DNA of 64,000 nucleotides from Dendrobates tinctorius (GCF_039654945.1 NW_027361752.1:30566001-30630000); one strand, 5' to 3'; positions 48,501 to 62,216 are shown, counted from the stretch's first letter. Program-made: numbers and translations. Notes: generated from the sequence alone by a model not told the origin.

Positions 48501-51437
48501 AGTCCTTGCCGTTCCTGGGCTATATCATCTCGGCCCAGGGGCTGGCCATGGATCCTGCCAAACTACAAGCGGTAATGAACTGGCAAGAACCCCATTCCCT
48601 CAAAGCGGTGCAGCGCTTTTTGGGGTTCGTGAATTACTACTGCCAGTTCATACCACACTTTTCCACACTGGTGGTTCCTTTGGTTGCTCTCACCAAGAAA
48701 GGAGCTAACCCCAATGCTTGGTCGGAACAGGTCTCCAAAGCCTTCTCGGCTATAAAATCGCATTTTGCTGGCGCTCCCATATTACATCGTCCCGATGTGG
48801 ATAAGCCGTTTATCCTTGAGGTAGACGCTTCTTCCGTCGGTGCAGGAGCAGTCCTTTATCAAAAGGATGCTCAAGGTCGAAAGCATCCCTGCTTCTTCTA
48901 TTCCAAGACCTTCTCACCGGCGGAGAAAAATTACTCCATCGGCGACAGGGAGCTGCTAGCCATGAAGTTGGCTTTTTCCGAGTGGAGACATCTCCTGGAA
49001 GGAGCCCGGTTCCCCTTTTAGGTATATACAGACCATAAAAACCTGGTCTACCTACAGACGGCCCAACGCCTGAATTCTCGTCAGGCCAGGTGGTCGCTCT
49101 TCTTTTCCCGATTTCGTTTCACCCTGCACTACCTCTCTGGAGAGAAGAACGTCCGTGCGGATGCTCTCTCACGCTCGGTGGTTTCAGTGGAAGAAGGAGA
49201 AGCTGAGCCTCGGTTAATTCTCCTGCCGGAGAGTTTTACGACCGTGGCTCCAGTCGCTCTCGAGTCAGTACCACCGGGCAAGACCTTGGTGCCTCCTCAG
49301 CTACGGCCGGAGGTCCTCGCCTGGGCACATGACTCCAGGGCGGGTGGCCATTATGGCAATAAACGGACCACCGAACTCCTGGCAAGGTCATATTGGTGGC
49401 CACATATGGCTCGAGATGTCAAGGAATATGTGCAAGCATGCGTCTCGTGCGCTCGGAACAGACCCTCTAGACAGAGGCCGGCGGGGTTGTTGTTTCCCCT
49501 GCCAGTGGCGGATAGACCATGGGAGATGGTTGGCATGGATTTCATAGTTGCCTGCCCAAGTCTGGTGGCAGTACGGTGATCTGGGTGGTCACCGACCATT
49601 TTTCCAAAATGGTGCATCTGGTGCCACTCGCACTCCTGCCTTCCGCTCGAGGTCTGGCCACCTTGTTCATTAAGCACGTATTCCATTTACATGGCATGCC
49701 AGACAAAATCGTGAGTGATCGAGGTCCTCAGTTTGCGTCTCGGTTTTGGAGGGAGCTCTGCAGTTTACTTAGCATCGAGCTAAATCTATCCTCCGCCTAT
49801 CATCCCGAGATGAATGGCTTGGTCGAGAGAGCCAATCAGACATTGGTCACCTATTTACGGCATTTTGTCTCTGCCAGGCAGGATGACTGGGCATCCTTGC
49901 TACCTTGGGCTGAATTTGCCCTAAACAATGCGGTGGCTGATTCCACTGGTCAGATGCCCTTTCTCCTAAACTATGGTCAACATCCACGCGTCCCTGTCCC
50001 GATGCCAGTGTCCTCCACTGACTCCAGGGTGGCAGACTGGGCAGTGGAGGCCCGGGACATTTGGGATCGCACTCAGGATGCTATCCGGGCATCTAAAGAA
50101 AGGATGAGGGCGTCCGCCGACATGCATCGGCGGCCAGCGCCAAGCTTCTCCCCTGGCGACATGGTATGGCTCTCTACCCGAAATATTAAACTGCGGGTCG
50201 AGTCTCCCAAGTCGCACCGCGATACATTGGACCATTCAAGGTCCTCGAGCGACTTAGCTCGGTGGTCTACCGCCTGGCTCTTCCTCCACATTTGGCCATT
50301 TCGGACGTGTTCCATGTGTCCCTCCTCAAACCAGTTCACATGATCCGGTTTTCTGAGTCATCTGCCGGGTCATCAGACTTATCGTCTGACGAGTTTGAGG
50401 TTAACGCCATCGTGGGGCGCAGGTTTGTCCGTGGCAAAATATTTTATTTGGTGGACTGGAGGGGTCATGGTCCCGAGGCTCGGACCTGGAGCTGGTGGAA
50501 AATATTCATGCACTGTTCCTGATTGCGGCCTTTGAGCGCAGTGAGGCCCTAGGGGGGATAATGTTAGGCATCGGATTCCTGGCACTGCACAGCAGGAATC
50601 CAGAGCCAGACATCCTGCGGTCTCCCATTCTCCTCCGACCGCTCAGACTCCTGCTCAGCAATCACGGCGAGCCAGGCATTCTCCTCAGACTTGATCTGTG
50701 AGCCTGGATGTTGCTGCCACCTCCGGTGCAGCAATGGTAGCGAAACCTGCTTCGCAGGGAACCGCTCCAGAGGCTAAGTCCTTGTGCCGTGCTACTGGGC
50801 ATGTCCGCAATGTGCCCTCTCAGTGGAGAGCAGGGGTCACATGTGCAGGTCCTGTGTCGGATCTGATTGGTCCTTCCCAAAGTATTGGAAGGCCCCGGAA
50901 GCGCATGGCTATAAAAGCCCCGCATGGCGGCTCGGCCATGTGCTAGTCTAGCATATTATTCTGTGTGTGTATGGTGATGGATGCATGGACTGGTGTCTGA
51001 CTCATTATGAAACCCCTACCCTCTGATATTACGAGTGGTGACTGAGTGTGTATAGTCAGCTCCAGGGTTGTGGCAAGCTACACGCCACTTGCTCCACGCC
51101 TACACTAGCGTCCGTCGGCGCCCGCCAACACTTGCGGCTTTCTCTGCCGCTGCGCTGTAGTAACAGCAGCTATTGGTGTTCGCGTCTGCGATGCCACACG
51201 CAGGCCCCTGTGACGCTAACAGGGCCCGCGACTTTGCTTTTGTGTTCGCCAAGCGACTCTGTGTTTGTACGGAGCCGCTCTTAGCGTTCGGGTGACGTTA
51301 ACCCGAGCGCAGTACCGCACCTACTAGGTGCATCTGCCATTGTTCAGCAGCGGTCTTGTCATCTACCGCACGGTGGACCCCGGGCGGCGAACGCACCTAC
51401 TATTATTTAGATTTGGTGCGTTCCGCCGACCCTAACA
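45540..51437 (+). mobile_element. Full-length chromoviral Gypsy (Tf1/sushi type), second family
   Basis: LTRs 45540-46425 and 50562-51437 (TGTTAGG..CCTAACA); 5-bp TSD GTACC; PPT aggggggataa. Confidence 0.96.
46454..50550 (+). pseudogene. Gypsy gag-pol with chromodomain, multiple stops and frameshifts
   Basis: LPEKFSGD; CYQCR*FGHLAGTC; TLDSGAEGNF; [10 protein letters not shown]; YLDDIL; EVDAS; SDRGPQF; FEVNAIVG..YLVDWRGHGPE. Confidence 0.93.
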
Positions 51438-52442
51438 GTACCTTTTCATTAGCCCAACCAGGTCATCTGAATTTTGGGGATCCCCTTGGGCACTCCAGGT
51501 CTGCACCAGCCTTGGAAGTGAGTGAATAAACCTGTCCATTATGACCAGCTCTACTATCTGGGCTGGGGTACAGGACTCCAGCTGAAACCTTTTCTGTACC
51601 AGATGCAACAGATTAAACATTTGGGAGTGTAGGGGTTTATCACGGCAATATGCCCAGTGTTGGACCCTTTGAGCTTGGGCAGACATTGTCAATCCTGAGT
51701 GTGCCAATATCTTAGTTTTTAATTTGGAACATTCCAGGGCACCCTGTAAGGCAGGGGTGGGGAACCTCAGGCCCCAGGGCCATTTACGGCCCTCAAAGAC
51801 TTTTTATCAGGCCCCCGAGCAGATTCTCAGGGACCGCATTCTTGGGCAGGGAGCTGTATTTTGATTGCCACAAGCTCATTAATTTCTTCTTGCTCTGTTG
51901 GCACACACACGCAGCGTTCACTACTGAACATTGAAGGGCAAGCAGTGAAAGATTAAGTAATGAAACCAGTGCCAGAGTCAGGATGTACTTTGTGGGAGGA
52001 GTTTGTACGACCCCCAAAGGAAGGTATAAATATCCAAATGGCCCTTGGCAGAAAAAAGATTCCCCACCCCTGCTGTAAGGCCAGGTCATAATAAGCCTTC
52101 TGGGGCTCAACAGTTCGATAAGGGGCCAGCACCTCTGCCCACTGCTGCGGCAACAGCTTCTCCCATTCTGCCACCCTTTCAAATACAGTCAAAAAAATTT
52201 CTATATCATCGGGGTCATTTTTTGCATCTCTCGTCTTACCACCTTCCAGACGTATATATTTCATCATCTGGACTTGGGGAAGGGGCTACCAGTCTCCCAC
52301 GAACCGCCTCTGCAAGTAACTCAATTTGCTGCTGCTGTTGTCGGTTCTGGTCTTGTTGTTACTGCCGCTGTTGAATCTGTTGCATAAGCATCTGACTTGT
52401 CTCCAGCTGTGATTTCACAAGGTGCTTAATCAGGTCCTCCAT
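51438..52442 (-). pseudogene. Gmr1-like gag with SCAN-like capsid segment
   Basis: DDIEIFLTVFERVAEWEKL..QWAEVLAPY; TPAQIVELVIMDRFIHSLPRLVQTW..QGDPQNSDDLVGLMKRY. Confidence 0.8.
51752..52072. mobile_element. hAT Charlie-like MITE
   Basis: TIR caggggtggggaa(c/t)ct; perfect 8-bp TSD ctgtaagg. Confidence 0.9.
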
Positions 52443-52804
52443 TCTTACTTCATTTCCTGGTTTATGGCTAACTTCCCCCAGGACATTCAGTTTGTCCACC
52501 GCTGTCAAATGTGCTTCCTAGGGAAATTGTCTGCACTTCTAGCACCAATTATCAGAGATCGGCTCATTCGGCTACACACATGGCCCTTCGGGCAAAGCAG
52601 GAACATTTCAGCAAAATGGTATACAGTCTCTGCAGCTGCAGGAATCAGCCTGCTCAGGATATAACAGCAGAGATTGGCATGGCTTAACAGAAAACACTTC
52701 TCTGGAGCTGTCACCTCCAGACACACCGAACACCAAATGACTCACAATGAGTCATGATCATTTAGCTTCTAAACCACACCCTGAGGAGGAGATACGGTGA
52801 ACAG

Positions 52805-53213
52805 TAGGGTGACCGCAAAAAATCGATGTCGGAATTTTGTCCGTCTGGACCCCACAAAACGATTCCCCTTTCCAGATATTGAGATAGCCAAAATTTGAGC
52901 TCGATCAAACGACGTTAACCCGTGCCGCTCGTCGCTCAAAGTTTGAAAAAATCCAAATTGAGGTATTTTAAGATTTAGGTATTTTGCATAGTCTGTTAGA
53001 CTATAAAGAATGTGACAACAACATTGCAGAAATAGCCCTGACCAAATTTTCGAACCATTTGTGGTATTTGAATGCAGAGTTGGTGGGATTATCGTTTTTT
53101 GATCCCACCATTACAGACAATGAAAAGTTGTTAATGGCTAATAAATTGCTCAGTAGCACAGACGAACAAGATTCTGACATTTTTTCCCCCCCATATGAGA
53201 TCCGGTCACCCTA
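52805..53213 (+). mobile_element. Internally deleted hAT (hATm-like) element retaining a transposase fragment
   Basis: TIR tagggtgacc / ggtcacccta; perfect 8-bp TSD gtgaacag; open frame KFSNHLWYLNAELVGLSFFD. Confidence 0.8.
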
Positions 53214-54454
53214 GTGAACAGCCTCCTACCCGCTCTTCATCTGTACACTAAAAAGCCTAGCTCTTAAACATGGCCGATTACCCCTTCTCCGTCATACTTT
53301 GAGATCACTGAAGCTAACAGCCTCAGTGAAATATACTCTATCTCCCCTTCATTACTTTGTCAGCAATTTTTTAATTGGGGTTATCTACTTTATTGATATT
53401 GATCACCTATTCTTCAAATAGGTCATTAGTATCAGAGAAGTGTAGTATGTTACCCGGCGCCCCTGCTGAAGAGTTATTGTAAGGTCTTGGTGTAAACAAT
53501 GTATGGAGGAGAACATCACAACCCCTGAATATTGTTTAGTGGGTGTTGAAGAGAACTGCTGCTTAGCTAAAATTTAATGTTTATGAGGTGCAAGTCCCAT
53601 AATAATTGTAAGGCTCACCTTGTTAGATGGATCCTCTAAACCTTAGGTCCATGTGCGCACATGAACCCCAGGCATTTATGCAGCAAGCAGTGAGGAAATA
53701 GAACACTCAGGAATCTTGATGGCAGCAGTATCAATGAAATAGAAACCAGCAGGCATTGAGGTAAGTTAAAGGATGGTATACACAGAAGGTGGAGTACACC
53801 TAACATAGACTCAGTCCCAAGACACAAGTCTGTGCCTTAATTCTCGATGTATTGATTCAGGCTGGGCAAATTGTGAAACATGACATGGAGCACAACAGAG
53901 GGAAGGAGACCCAGGGGAATATAAAAGAGCCTGGAATACCTGGGACAGGCATGTAGCAATAATTTTGGAGCAAGTAATGAACTGGTGTAGATTTGATATT
54001 TGACCATGCTCCTTTTGCCAAGCTCCACCATTACTTACAAAGAATGGGACGTGCAAGCCTCCTGGACCCAAATTTTGTGGTTTGATCAGATTGGTACATG
54101 CTAGACTGAGGCTAGTAGGCACAAACTTTTCTGATGTGTTCATCTTTTACTTTCCATGAATGCTGCTACAAAGTCAAATTTCTCATGACACAAAGAAGCT
54201 CAATACATTAACGTGACATGTTAGGAAAACCAGTGACAGGCTGAAATTAACATCACAACCTCTGTGTGGCCACACAGACACGTAGAAAAAAAACATCTGT
54301 ATCACAAAAATAGTTTTTTCAAAGTTGGCTGTAATTTTTTGCTAATCTTAGTATATTTTCAGACATACCGTACCCTAGAATCATTACTAAAATTTTGATA
54401 TGGTCAAATATTTTCCTTTCAGTGGCCCCTACAAGCAAAATATAGCATTTAAGA

Positions 54455-54722
54455 TGTGTGAAAAAGTGTTTGCCCCCTTCCTGAGTAACTAGTTTTCCAC
54501 ATATTTATCACACTTAAATATTATAGATCGCCAAACAAATTTAAATATTAGACAAGTATAATACAAGTAAACACAAAATGCAGTTTATAAATGAAGGCCT
54601 TTATTATTAGGAAAGAATAAATCCAACCCTACAGGGCCCTGTGTGAAAAGTGATTCCCCTACCCCCTTAAAACATAAATTAACTATGATTTATTACATCT
54701 TTGGGAAGCTGAGTTCAAATTT
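54455..54722 (+). mobile_element. Tc1 terminal fragment
   Basis: Motif tgtgaaaa(a)gtg(t/a)tt(g/c)cccc repeated at ~54458 and ~54642 (IR/DR layout). Confidence 0.6.
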
Positions 54723-55996
54723 CCATTGGGCATTCTGACAAAGGCTAGACCGAAACGTGCGTCGGGGCGGACGTGCAGCAAATTGCAGCCTCTGCATACA
54801 CCGGTGTTCAAGGTACTTTACAAACATATTTAGTCTGTATTACTGGGAACAGCTGGCCTGATCATTATTGTTTATTCTGTCTACCAAACCTTAACACCAT
54901 ATTTATTGTTTACCAGGATAGAACTGTTGACATAATTTAATACAGAATTTTTTCTACAAGATATTTCATGATATGAATATGTTGTTCATATGTATATAAA
55001 TACCATCACACACATGTTTTTGTTTCTTCCATCCTGCATGTACATTTTTAGCAATTAATATTCTATTTTTGAACAATACTTGGGACATTTTGTATCATGC
55101 ATTTTAGTCCTTACATCATTGGCATTATGAATGTGTTATTTTATGATGGCTTAATTATATATACTTGTTGAATATGCCAATTCTTTCTCTGAGTATATTG
55201 TACATCTAGACAAACAGAAAAATAAGAAGGAACACATCTGTAGATTTTCAACCAAAGGGCTCTTATAACTGCAACATTCTGGACAAGTTTCATTTTGCCA
55301 ATTCCCCTTAAGAGGCCTATAAAAGTTTTACTGTACATGCTTGGTATTCACGTAAAACACGATCAAGTTGGGTCTGCCAGATTGGAATAAGATATTACTT
55401 AGCGGCTTTCATTATTACCTTGTGATGGGATACCCTCTGATCCCAATTTGGCAAGTAGACCAGTGTTATCTTTATAAGGAAGTCCCTTCTCCTCCCCCCG
55501 AAACTCCTTTACTTTCTAGAAGGTGGTCTCATTCACTGGTTTGGTGAAAAATATGTTGCTCTTTTGTATGCATAAATAACTTTTCATACAAATTACAAGG
55601 ATTTCAGGTACTATAATTTTTTTGAGAATGATTAAGGGTTAAGCTTGTATTACAAGTCAAGACACCAATTGCAGTTGCTGCTTGTTCTGTGGTGGTAGGG
55701 CAGCAACTAAACATGACCTCAGAGAACAAAACCAAGAAAATATGTATTAACCTCAGTAACCTCCAGCGGTTTAGTTATTGGTCATGTCAAGTTTGTGGAT
55801 TACAGTATAATCCTATGAGGAGCTTATTTTCTCTCATATAAACTAGCCTACTGATCACATAACAAATTGAGAAACACTGACCTCATGTCTTATATTATAG
55901 CAAAAAAAAACAAAAGCATCTTAATAGAAAATAGGATCATATGTTAATTTCAACTATGAAATTCGGTTGATTTTTACATAGCGCAATATGATACAT

Positions 55997-56590
55997 TAGA
56001 GATGAGCAAATCACTTCAAACTCACCTTGAATTTTACCCAAAATTTGTATTCTCCAAAATCTCATTTTGTTCCTTTTTTATTTGCCTGAACCTAGCAAAA
56101 TTATTGTGCATTAAGAGCTGGTAATGGGTTTAAAACAATTCTGTAGACACTGCTTTGACCTCCACTGGGCCATTTTTGGCATCTTCCAGGACGCGTCACA
56201 ATCTGCATCTCCCATATAGATTGAGCCACAACATCAACACGTCATCATGATGTCACATGATCCACACCGTGCATTATCCTACGTCATTACAAACTACTGT
56301 AGTTGGCATGGGAGTTGCTGAACATGTTAAGTGCAGAAAGACTCCAAAGATTGCCCAGTGAAAACCGCACCAGTGACTGGACTGAAGTAGTTGACTGGAC
56401 CGAAACATGGTGTTTTGGGGGGAGAAGTGAGTATAATTATTTTTTTTCTCTTCATATGTCTATACTCTTGGATCTGGACAGACTTCAAAAAGTAAAAATG
56501 CACATTAAATTCATGGTCAAAGGATTTTTTATTTAAATTTTAGCAAGCTACCTAACTCAAATTTTAGCCGATTCAGTCATCAGCGTAATG
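55997..56590. mobile_element. Degraded hAT MITE
   Basis: Left end tagagatgagcaaatc resembles the other hAT ends; right end degenerate; no clean TSD. Confidence 0.45.
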
Positions 56591-57275
56591 TATCATTGAA
56601 ATGTACACTACTATGGAAATTATCTAACTATACATTAGCTTATGTTAAATGCTAAAAACAGACTAATATATGGAGGGAAGAACAAAGTACTATACAGATC
56701 TTTGGTTCCTAATCTTTCCTTTTGGCTCGGCGTATCAAAGATGAGGAAGAGATGACCATTTTTTTTTCAACACTTGATTTTCCAATACTCTATTAATTAT
56801 GCTATGTCTGTGTATTTGTGTCCACTTGGTTGTTGTAATGTGAATTGCAGTAAGTGGAGGGTTTTATTAGTATGATGCAAGTACATATAGATTTTGTTTT
56901 AAGAGAAATTGGAATTCTTAATGAAATTCTTGACACAGGAGTGGTGGACACATCTGTATGTACTCTTGGTATTAATTTCACTAACCATTAGCCAGGTGGT
57001 ATCTACCAGTTTTAAATTCTACTCACATGGCATTTGCAAATTATTAAAAGGGACTGAAATAATGATCTGTGGTTGATGTGGAGAAGGAATTTACAATGAA
57101 ACTAGATAATGCTCACCCAACTTCGGAAGCTTGTAGCCAGATTTGATCCCTATCACTATCCATAGTGGGTCATGTGAGGCATAAGGCAGGTAGCGCTAGC
57201 AACAAAGGATTTTCGTCCAAACAAAGACATGCCGATTTGGCAAGTGCAACTACTAAGTCATACATGAATTTGTAT

Positions 57276-57590
57276 CAGGGGTGGGCAACCAATTTTCTGC
57301 CAAGGGCCATTTGGATATTTATCCAGTACCATTATCCCCAAGCTTTAGAACATTATCAACTTATAAATTATTCTTCTATATTTATTTGGTCAAACAGTTA
57401 ATTAACTAATTAACACCCCCTAATGAGATGGATTGAACTGTTTCTCTTCGGTGAGGGGTGTGATTTTAGGTGGCAATGATGATGTTGCTACTCACAGCTT
57501 CTTTTCCGGATTTGATTTGGTCTGGAGCGCAGTCGATTCAGATAAATTATTGAAAGAACTCAAAGCAGTAATCTGTTCTGAACACAGATA
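57276..57590. mobile_element. hAT Charlie-like terminal fragment
   Basis: caggggtgggcaacc..ttctgccaagggccatttggatatttat matches the end of the MITE at 51752-52072. Confidence 0.6.
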
Positions 57591-57661
57591 TCTATTACAG
57601 TGCATGTATAAGACTCTACTGTATAGGATACACCAATAATGCGGTATACACATCACGTAAA

Positions 57662-58263
57662 CAGGGTTGGGAAAAGGTATTTTGATGCCCTAGGCAGAGG
57701 TAGCTAGTGGCAACCCCATCCCCCTGATGATCCCTCAGCACCAAAGCAAACAAATAGGTCAGAGACTAAGGAACCATGACCCCTAATGCAACCCACTCTC
57801 CCCCTCCAATGAGTAAGACAACAATCTATTACGACCACTACCAATAGAATTGTTACTTTTGCACCAAACAATATCAACAAAAGTGAAAAGGTAGTGCACT
57901 TTAGGGGTGAGGCTCAAAAAGGAGTGCAATTTCTAAGTTAGAAATAGAATCATTTATTGATTGGGGACCATTCACATAATAGAATAGACAAATAGCAATA
58001 GCCATTCCTGCCATCCCATAGTTTATATGTCAGACACAAGAACAATCATGGAAACTAATACCGCTTAACTGTAACATTGGCCTGTGTGCCTGCACCCCGG
58101 CTGTCAGCGTGATGAATGCCTATGGCCGGAGGAAAATGCCGAGTAACCACAGGCATTTAGCAATGCAAAGTTTTTTTTTCCCTCAAAGGGCAAAGCCCTC
58201 GGGTTGGCAGGAGGTAGCACCCTATCTAGGTGCCTACCCTGCCTACCCTTTGTCCCAGCCCTG
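57662..58263. mobile_element. hAT MITE within a degenerate minisatellite
   Basis: TIR caggg(t/c)tggga; flanks cacgtaaa / cacgtagg; surrounding tatagatcac..gagacactgagact repeats extend to ~58450. Confidence 0.6.
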
Positions 58264-59099
58264 CACGTAGGAGACAGTGAGACTGCTATATAGATCACTT
58301 AGGAGACACTGAGACTGTTGTATACATAACATAGAATAATATAAGATTTTACTGTATACAACACATAGAATGCAAAAGGACTGCTATGTATAGATCTCAA
58401 AGGAGACATTGAGACTACTGTATAGATCACGCAGGATACACTGAGACTCGTTATAATTGGTCAATGTCATACAAAGAGAGGAAGTACATGCTTTCAGTGA
58501 AAACTATCTGATAATACTCAATTGAGCTTAAAACTTAACTCATTAGGTGCCAAATAATTTCATTGCTTATATCTCCATAATGGAGAGGCAAAGTTAAAAA
58601 GCTTTATTCAGTTCTACAGCAATTGTGTGTTTAGTTCAACATAAAAAATGGGAAAAGGTTCTTTTTAAGCCTTTTGATGACCTCAAGTTGAGGTTGAAAC
58701 GCATTGTTCTTTGCTGCCATTGAAAATACCCAAGATCAACTGAGAATTGTTCATAAAGCCACCTGTCCAATAAAGTTCCAATTAGCAGTTATGGGCAAGG
58801 TTGCCATTTGTGACCGTATGTGTCCAGCACTTTTGGTTTTGATTTTGGGTCAATGGATGTCGCAATTGCAATTCATAAGTATTTTTCTACATTTCGGTTA
58901 ATTTGCTAATTATCTCCACCATAGAAGAAAAGAGAACTATCTTGCCATGTGTTATCCTTTAACAAGTCGCACAACGGATATCTTTTTTTAGGAATAAAAT
59001 GGTTCTCAACAGATTATCGAATGAGATGACCTTAACACAGCTTTGGGAAGGGACTGGCTTTACAGCTGATTGTGAAGACTTATTGGCATTGCTCCACGA

Positions 59100-59237
59100 C
59101 AAAGTTTCCCAACTGCACAGCTAAAGAACCATCAACAGATTATGTTTTCAAGATTTCCTTACTATAGGCTAGGTGATAATTCCATACCTAGGAAATCCTG
59201 AAAACATGAACTGTTGATGATGGAGTTGGGAAAAACA
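59100..59237. mobile_element. Degraded short MITE related to 28973-29097
   Basis: Inverted tgttttcaagatttcct / aggaaatcctgaaaaca core and tttcccaact / agttgggaaa ends. Confidence 0.5.
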
Positions 59238-60156
59238 TACAAATTTGCTCTCTCTCGTAAGAACAAAGAACTCTTTGGGGCTGTATGTCTGTAGATGGGT
59301 ATTTGGTTTGGCAAATAGCTTTGTACCTCTTGTAATGCTTGTAAAGGAGTTGGGCATTGACTTACCAGGCAATTTACTTTATATGTGACAAGCTAGATAG
59401 ATTTTTTTCTAGGAGGGAACTCATTTGCATGTTTGTTTTTTCCCTATGGATCATCGCCAATAAGACTCACATAATCTAGAGTCTTATTGGCACCTAAAAT
59501 AAGATAAATGTAGTATAAAGCATCCCCCAAATGAACCTTTCTTTGAACAAATGATGTACCCAATTATAGAAGAGAAATATGAACCTTCCCATTACTGCAA
59601 CTAAGAAATATCGAGCCAGTACTCAACACGTCGGTGGTGAATTTTCGCTCAAGCGCTATTTGGTTGATATTGAAATAAAAATAATAAGTGATTGACCTCC
59701 AGATTTCCAGGACAGAAAATGAGCTATATTTTTTTTATACATATTTATTTTGAGCCACAAAATAATTGGTTCATTAAAGATACATGATATTTACTGCTGT
59801 CAATCACTCATTGAATTAGCTGTGTCAATGGTCAATGAATTATATATGGAGCCACAAATACCTGCACAAACACAATCCTCAGTAGATTTGCTATAAATGA
59901 CCCCCCCACACACAGTCTAAAACTAAAATTTGCCTATAAACATCAATACAGTCAAATTTTCATTTTAGACTGGAGGTTTGCTTTAATATTTTCCTGCAGA
60001 TACTGAAATGATTTGTAATCTAACCTCATGAAAAATAATATAGACTGGACCCATCAAAAGTGGAAAATAATTAGATTTCTATCTAACATTTGCCACAAGA
60101 AATGTAAATGTGTGCTATCAACGCATATACTTATATACAAGTATTCACATATTTAA

Positions 60157-61870
60157 CCCCTTAGGGACATAGACAATTTTCATTTTTCCTCTTCTATAAC
60201 ATTTCTATTTATCTGTCAACATACAGTATAAAGGCCATTCGTTTTCACGTTTGTTCTAACAAGAAAAAGTAAAAAAAAAAAAGTCCCAGTCGTGTTAACT
60301 GGAAAAAAAGGTGATTCCATCATTGATTTTTGGGTTTCATTTTTATTGCATTCAATGTGCAGAAAAATGTACCTGTCTAAATGAGTCATCATGTCTGTAT
60401 GATTACAGCTTTAACAAACTTGAAGAGGCTTTTTTTATTATTATAATGGCTTAAAAAAAATTACGAATTTTGTGAAAAAAAAAAATTGGGCTTTTGTTTC
60501 CCCACTTTCTGAAACCTGTAACTTTTTTTAATCTTTTTTTATATTGATAGACCCATGAGAAAATTGTTTCTTATTTGCAAGTGGAGCTGTAATTTTTATT
60601 GTTTTCATTGTGTATGTATGACATATTGTTTGCTTTGTATTGCATTTTGAGGCAATTGCCACCGCTGGTGTTTCCATTTTATTTCTTTGCAGCAATTAAC
60701 TTTTGAGTAATTTCATGCAATACTGAATATGTTATTCTCTTTTTGCCTTTTATTTTTGAATGGAGTAAAGGGATGATTCAAACCTTCATGTTTTAGTAAC
60801 TTTTTCATATATTTTTAAATCTATTTTCAGTTTATTTTTTTGATTTTCCAAGGAACCTTGAACTTGGAAAATATGTAGCACGTGTGCCGACTGGGGGGTA
60901 GTCCCTTTTTGGCGGCTGAACAGACTGGAGCCAGAAACAGATGAACGTTCAATCAGGTCCCCTTTATTGGTTGTCTTCTCCGACATCCACATCAATACGA
61001 CAGCTCCTCCAAGCTGGCCTGGGTACCTGTCACCTCCTCCTTCTCCTGTCTGCGACGGCCCTCTAGGTTCTTTCACTGTGGCTGCCATTAGGCCCACGGC
61101 CACAGCGCTTCCCCTCGTCGAGTCCGTCTGTCTGGTACCCTAGGCGTCCTCTGTCTGCAGCTGTCCTGTCGGGGCCACCCCACCGACTGTCTGCCTCTCC
61201 CTCGGACTCTCCCTCCTTTAATTCCTTCTCTCTGGAATTCCCCATCTCAGTTTCAAAACTCTGCCCATCATCACTCTTTGTTTCCTAGCCTTCAGCTGCT
61301 GTTAAGTCCTCTGCTCACTGTCCTGTGTCTCCCTCTAGTGGCCAACCCTCAGTACTACACCGTCTCTCACTAATTCTAGCTGTTTCCTCACACATATATA
61401 CAATTTTCTGTCAAGCATTGTACACTGTACATTTTACATTCACTTTTTCCATCAGACAGGTCCACATATCAGTCCACCCTCCTACACCTACATTCATTGG
61501 CTCTTATGAAGCCTTTTCCAATGGCTGGCCTTTATAGTAGCATGAAGATGGAGGCGATTAGGTCTTTAGCAGGCTCCCAGCTGCAATGGCAATTAATCAG
61601 CACTTTTTTGTGTGTCTTTTGGGGATGATAAGCACCTGAACAGACACCCTTTCACAATCAAGTCACGTCAATGACGCTATCAGAGACTGACAGCAGCATT
61701 TACTTGTATAGAAAGAAGAAATTTAAGCTGTGGGTAGAGGCAAAAGACAGCTGTATGATGCAGCCAGCACCAGCAATGTGTGGAACAAGGTCAGATCCTG
61801 AACCCACTGGACTGAATACACCAGCCTCCCTCCATGATAGAAATATTCATTTGGGATCATGAAGGAGTTA
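60157..61870. mobile_element. Old piggyBac-like non-autonomous element with an LTR-like insert (~60874-61500)
   Basis: ttaa|cccctta left end, degenerate tcatgaaggagtta right end; GC-richer insert begins tgtagc; no TSD found. Confidence 0.4.
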
Positions 61871-62216
61871 GAGGATAACAGCCTGTGTCTATGTAACTAA
61901 CTAAAGGGGTTCTACCATGTCGGACATTTATGGCATATCTAAAGCTAGGATCAGCTTCTATCTTGAAAGCATGGCCCTGTCACACTCCATCAACAATCTA
62001 AAGGTGGTTGCTAATTTTTTGTTTTGCTTTGACTTTAAATATTACAGAAAAATATTTTTGGCTACTGGAATGTAGCACCAAGCAGGATATATGCTATTGA
62101 TGGACTTTATTGTGATTATGTTCTTGGCTTATGTGTAATGCCCCAACATTGCGGATTGCATCAGTGTTTTTATTATTCTATTTGAACTTTTATTATAAAT
62201 TAAAATACTTGACTTA

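Larger units (their letters stand above)
33697..53365 (-). mobile_element. Old Gmr1-like Gypsy LTR retrotransposon hosting multiple nested insertions
   Basis: LTR-like copies at 33697-34160 (PPT aaaggggggaa adjacent) and 52503-~53365. Minus-strand order: gag, zinc knuckle, integrase, RT (YLDD), RNase H. Host sequence resumes across each TSD. Confidence 0.8.

Noticed and set aside
39760-50550. Domesticated RTL1/PEG10-like genes
   Set aside because: LTRs, TSDs and disabling lesions show ordinary retrotransposons.
52797-52804. TSD gtgaacag resembling the Gypsy TSD gtgaac
   Set aside because: Different element classes; a short match is expected by chance.
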